Shown here: positions 60,899 to 64,000 of the stretch, one piece after another
How positions within the stretch are numbered: position 1 is the stretch's first letter
Layout: each line of letters opens with the position of its first letter
Assembly (NCBI GenBank): GCA_965207735.1
Contig: OZ242296.1
Span: forward strand, 2,368,001 to 2,432,000
Reading direction: 5' to 3'
Length of the DNA stretch: 64,000 bases
Source: Candidatus Versatilivorator sp.
Lineage (GTDB): Bacteria; Acidobacteriota; Terriglobia; Versatilivoradales; Versatilivoraceae
The notes under the pieces: model-generated
Seen by the model: the letters and a program-made list of their open reading frames with translations, nothing else
Database searches by the model: none
Told to the model about the DNA's origin: nothing
Program-made: the position numbers and the translations under genes

Positions 60899-61675
60899 AT
60901 GAACCCATCCGCTCAGAACCAGCACACCAGCAGCACGCCCCCCCTCAGCGGCAGTCGGTTGGAGGAACTCACGCGGTTCGATTCGCCGACCATCGCCAAC
61001 GTCATCGAGCTGTTCAACCTGCGCTCCCGAGTCGCCGGCTTCAGCAACTCCTCTCTGAAGGCGATCTATCCGGAGCTGCCTCCGGTCGTCGGCTACGCCG
61101 TCACCGCGACCTACCGCTCCGGCTATCCGGCCGAACAAGGAGATTCCTACGTGGGAATGGGACAGCTGATCCAGGACGCCGTTTCCCTGCCCACACCCAG
61201 GATCATGGTGGTTCAGGACATGGACGAGACGCCCCGAGCCGCCACCTACGGCGAAGTGATGGTCACCGCCTTTCAAACTTTCGGATTCACCGGGATCATC
61301 ACCAGTGGAGCGGGACGGGACATCGAACAGGTCCGGGAGCTGAGATTCCCCTGCTGGGCTTCTTCCATCGTCGTCTCCCACGGCTACTGCCGGTTTCTCG
61401 ATTTCCATCTGCCGGTGGTCGTGGGAGGACTGCAGGTGCACCCGGGGGACTTGATCCACGCCGACGGCAACGGAGTGGTTTCGATTCCCAACCGCGTTGC
61501 GCCCTTCCTGTTGGACTATTGCCAACCCTTCATTCAAGCGGAGCAAAACGTGCTGGACTACCTGAACTCAGCTACGGCGACTCCGGCAGGATACGCGGAA
61601 GCCATGAAGAAGATGAGATCCGATGTCGACGCTCTGAGGGAGGAAGCGCAGGCAAGACTCAGGGAAGGCGATTGA
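60899..61675 (+). CDS. RraA/HMG aldolase-like protein
   Basis: VGYAVT, GEVM, GAGRD, V.PGDLIHADGNGVV.IP. Confidence 0.88.
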   Translation: MNPSAQNQHTSSTPPLSGSRLEELTRFDSPTIANVIELFNLRSRVAGFSNSSLKAIYPELPPVVGYAVTATYRSGYPAEQGDSYVGMGQLIQDAVSLPTPRIMVVQDMDETPRAATYGEVMVTAFQTFGFTGIITSGAGRDIEQVRELRFPCWASSIVVSHGYCRFLDFHLPVVVGGLQVHPGDLIHADGNGVVSIPNRVAPFLLDYCQPFIQAEQNVLDYLNSATATPAGYAEAMKKMRSDVDALREEAQARLREGD

Positions 61676-61696
61676 TTGAAGAGTTTTGCACGAAGG

Positions 61697-61820
61697 GACG
61701 GATTGGATTGTGGATTGTAGATTGTGGATTGTAGATTGTGGATTGTGGATTGGATTTGTGGCGGCATCAGTCGTCATAGTTCCCCAATCTACAATCTGAA
61801 ATCGACAATCGACAATTCGT
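61697..61820. repeat. Family E heptamer inverted array between convergent genes
   Basis: (GATTGTG/GATTGTA)x6 facing caatctacaatctgaaatcgacaatcgacaattc. Confidence 0.85.
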
Positions 61821-63034
61821 TACGCAGCCTCACGCCCGGCAACCGCGGACGAGTTGAGAATTTCGATGGCTTTTTTCAGTTGCAGGTCTTCATCTTCCGG
61901 CCCGGAATCGGCTCCACCGGGATCCTTTCCGGAGGTGGGCCGGATCGGGGTCTGCCTGACCTCGTGGTCGGGAGCGATGCCCCGGGCCTGGATCACCTGA
62001 CCCGATTGAGAGTAGTACTTGTAGACGGAAAGCAGCACGGCCGCGCCTCCGGGAAGGGCAAAGAGTTGTTGTACGGAAGCCTTGCCGAAGCTGCGGTCTC
62101 CCACGATGTCCCCTCTCAGGTTTTCCTTGATGGCCGAGGACACAATCTCGGCCGCCGAGGCGCTCCCGGAGTTCTGCAGCACTGCCAGCGGCAGCCTTGA
62201 GACAAACCTCTCCGGGTCGGCCACGAACTCCTTCCTGGGAGACTTCTGGCCCTCCGAATAGGCGATCACACCGTGGTCCAGGAACAGATTGGCCACCCCG
62301 ACCCCCTCCTCAAAGGCCTCACCCCCGCAATTGCGGAGATCCAGGACGAGCTTCCTGGCCCCCTGGGCCTCCAGCCTCTTCAGCTTTTCTCGCGTCTCGG
62401 CGCTCACTCCATCCACAAAGCGGGGAATTCTCAGGTAGCCAATGTGGTCTTTCAGCAGGCGCCCCCGGACTGAAGGAGGCCCACGTCGCTCCCTCGACAC
62501 CGACAGCAGCACCGGCTCGGATCGTCCAATCCTGCGGATCTTGAGTTCCACCTTGGACTCGGCATCGCCCGAAAGCAGGTACCCGGCCTGAACCAGGCCG
62601 ATGTTTCGGGTAGTGACTCCATCGATGGACTCAATGATATCCCCCGGCTTCACGCCCGACTTTTCCGCCGCGCTCCCTTCGATGGGGTGAATGACCTTGA
62701 TATACCCCAGCGACCTTTCCTTGGACAGTTCCAGCCCGATGTCCCCGTCTCCGCTGGTCCTGCTCGTCCGGTACCGCTGGTATTCCTCCGCGGTCAGATA
62801 GGTACTGTAGGGGTCCAGAGACTCCAGCAGGCCCAGTAGGGCCCCGTGCATGACCTTGGAAAGATTGGGATCCTCTACGTAAACCCCCTGGATCTTGGCA
62901 AGCACCTCCATGAAGATGTTGAGTGGCGCATAGGATTGGCCGCCGCCGTCTCTCCCCAGCAAACCTCCTACCACGGAATAGAACACGAGCACGGTTGAAA
63001 CCAGAATCACCAGGAACTTGTTGCGATAGCTCAT
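61820..63034 (-). CDS. ctpA: Carboxyl-terminal processing protease (S41A, PDZ)
   Basis: LDPYSTY, PDZ segment, IGYLRI, LVLDLRN, SASAAEI, SFGKASVQ, GIAPD. Confidence 0.92.
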   Translation of the reverse strand: MSYRNKFLVILVSTVLVFYSVVGGLLGRDGGGQSYAPLNIFMEVLAKIQGVYVEDPNLSKVMHGALLGLLESLDPYSTYLTAEEYQRYRTSRTSGDGDIGLELSKERSLGYIKVIHPIEGSAAEKSGVKPGDIIESIDGVTTRNIGLVQAGYLLSGDAESKVELKIRRIGRSEPVLLSVSRERRGPPSVRGRLLKDHIGYLRIPRFVDGVSAETREKLKRLEAQGARKLVLDLRNCGGEAFEEGVGVANLFLDHGVIAYSEGQKSPRKEFVADPERFVSRLPLAVLQNSGSASAAEIVSSAIKENLRGDIVGDRSFGKASVQQLFALPGGAAVLLSVYKYYSQSGQVIQARGIAPDHEVRQTPIRPTSGKDPGGADSGPEDEDLQLKKAIEILNSSAVAGREAA

Positions 63035-63121
63035 TTTGCCTCCAGGCTGCACGGCCCCATGACTGGAATTATACTGGAAAAGCACCGGGCACTGCAGGAT
63101 TCCACGCGGCTCGAACTCGAC

Positions 63122-63208
63122 CTAAGGCCGCATTTCTCACCAGGGGGCATCATCATGGCGGAGGATTTTTCCCTTCAGCGTGTGCTCGCGACCGAAGAGC
63201 GTAGCGGT
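63122..63208 (+). mobile_element. Left part of MITE family A
   Basis: ccgcatttctcaccagggggcatcatcatggcggaggatttttcccttcagcgtgtgctcgcgaccgaagagcgtagcggt matches 58930-59010. Confidence 0.9.
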
Positions 63209-63218
63209 TGCCGATGGG

Positions 63219-63773
63219 TCAAGCCGCCGTCAACGTCTTGAGGAAGGCGATCATGGCGGGATCCATCCAGTCCCGGTCTCCGATCACCTTGCACAGGATG
63301 ACGCCTTGCTTGTCCACGATGTAGGTCTCGGGAACCATGTGGGTGCCGTAGAGTTCGGCGACTTTTTGCTCGAAGTCGGAATAGATTCCGAAACCGAAGG
63401 ACTGTTGCTCGAGAAAGGCGTCCACCGGTTCCCAGGAAGCATCCACGCTGAGGGCCAGGATCTTCAATCGGGTCTCGTCGATCTCCTTGCGGAGAGCCTC
63501 CATGGAAGGCATTTCCTCGAGACAGGGAGGACACCAGGTCGCCCAGAAATTGACCAGGACCACCTTGCCCCTGAAGTCACTCAGCCGGTGCACCTGTCCG
63601 CCCCGGTCCTGAACGGCGAACTCGGGCGCCGGCCGGTCGAGAGCCACCATTCCGGGCAGGCAGGGGGAGCGGGAACCGGAACAGGCCGCCGCCAGCGCAA
63701 GACAGACCAGGGCCAGCAACGCCAATCCGGCCGGGAACCGACCTTCGGCGACTCCACCGGGACTCTCAGCCAT
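63219..63773 (-). CDS. TlpA/ResA-family thioredoxin-like protein (possible lipoprotein)
   Basis: GKVVLVNFWATWCPPCLEEMP, VPETYIVD; LAAAC. Confidence 0.92.
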   Translation of the reverse strand: MAESPGGVAEGRFPAGLALLALVCLALAAACSGSRSPCLPGMVALDRPAPEFAVQDRGGQVHRLSDFRGKVVLVNFWATWCPPCLEEMPSMEALRKEIDETRLKILALSVDASWEPVDAFLEQQSFGFGIYSDFEQKVAELYGTHMVPETYIVDKQGVILCKVIGDRDWMDPAMIAFLKTLTAA

Positions 63774-63827
63774 GAGCGTTCTCCAATGCGGGCTATTGTC
63801 TCAGGAAACCGGGCAGGATCTACCGGC

Positions 63828-64000
63828 TCACACCTGGTTCAACCAGTGACCCAGCTTCTCCTTCTTGGTCTTCAGGTAATTCCGGGTAGTGGCTCGGGGA
63901 GAAATCTCGATGGGGATCCTCTCCAGGACCTGGACTCCGGCATCTTCCAATGCCTTCAGCTTGCCGGGATTGTTGGAGAGCAGCCGCACCCGGGAAATGC
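63828..64000 (-). CDS. ribA: GTP cyclohydrolase II C-terminus (partial, runs off the window)
   Basis: Manual translation ISRVRLLSNNPGKLKALEDAGVQVLERIPIEISPRATTRNYLKTKKEKLGHWLNQV*. Confidence 0.9.
   Translation of the reverse strand, partial: ISRVRLLSNNPGKLKALEDAGVQVLERIPIEISPRATTRNYLKTKKEKLGHWLNQV

Overview
GC-rich bacterial chromosome segment, probably Acidobacteriota. This is inferred from the HslU N-terminus MVIYLPG, an Oar-like TonB-receptor barrel beside a VWA protein, and an atp cluster with two b subunits but no atpBE. Most genes are housekeeping: ypdA, hisZGD, thrB, aroD-aroE fusion, pgsA, an Rrf2-sufBCDSUT operon, lpxC, serS, a biotin-dependent acyl-CoA carboxylase, hslVU, homocitrate synthase, atpF'FHAGDC, rpsP-khpA-rimM-trmD-rplS-rnhB, thiE, ctpA, tlpA and a partial ribA. 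Two giant surface proteins are interspersed: a 14x Calx-beta autotransporter-like protein and a four-module LRR protein with a duplicated C-terminal domain, a combination that suggests host association. There is also a TonB-receptor-like barrel with no plug domain, next to a degenerate VWA protein. The most unusual layer is non-coding. Most larger intergenic gaps hold members of at least six small repeat families: a CTAG-flanked MITE, REP-like hairpins including a GTAG-footed one, and heptamer and nonamer inverted arrays. They nest inside each other, sit at stop codons, and in places supply gene ends or possibly starts. No transposase, rRNA, tRNA or CRISPR array was recognised. All calls are by eye, without database searches.
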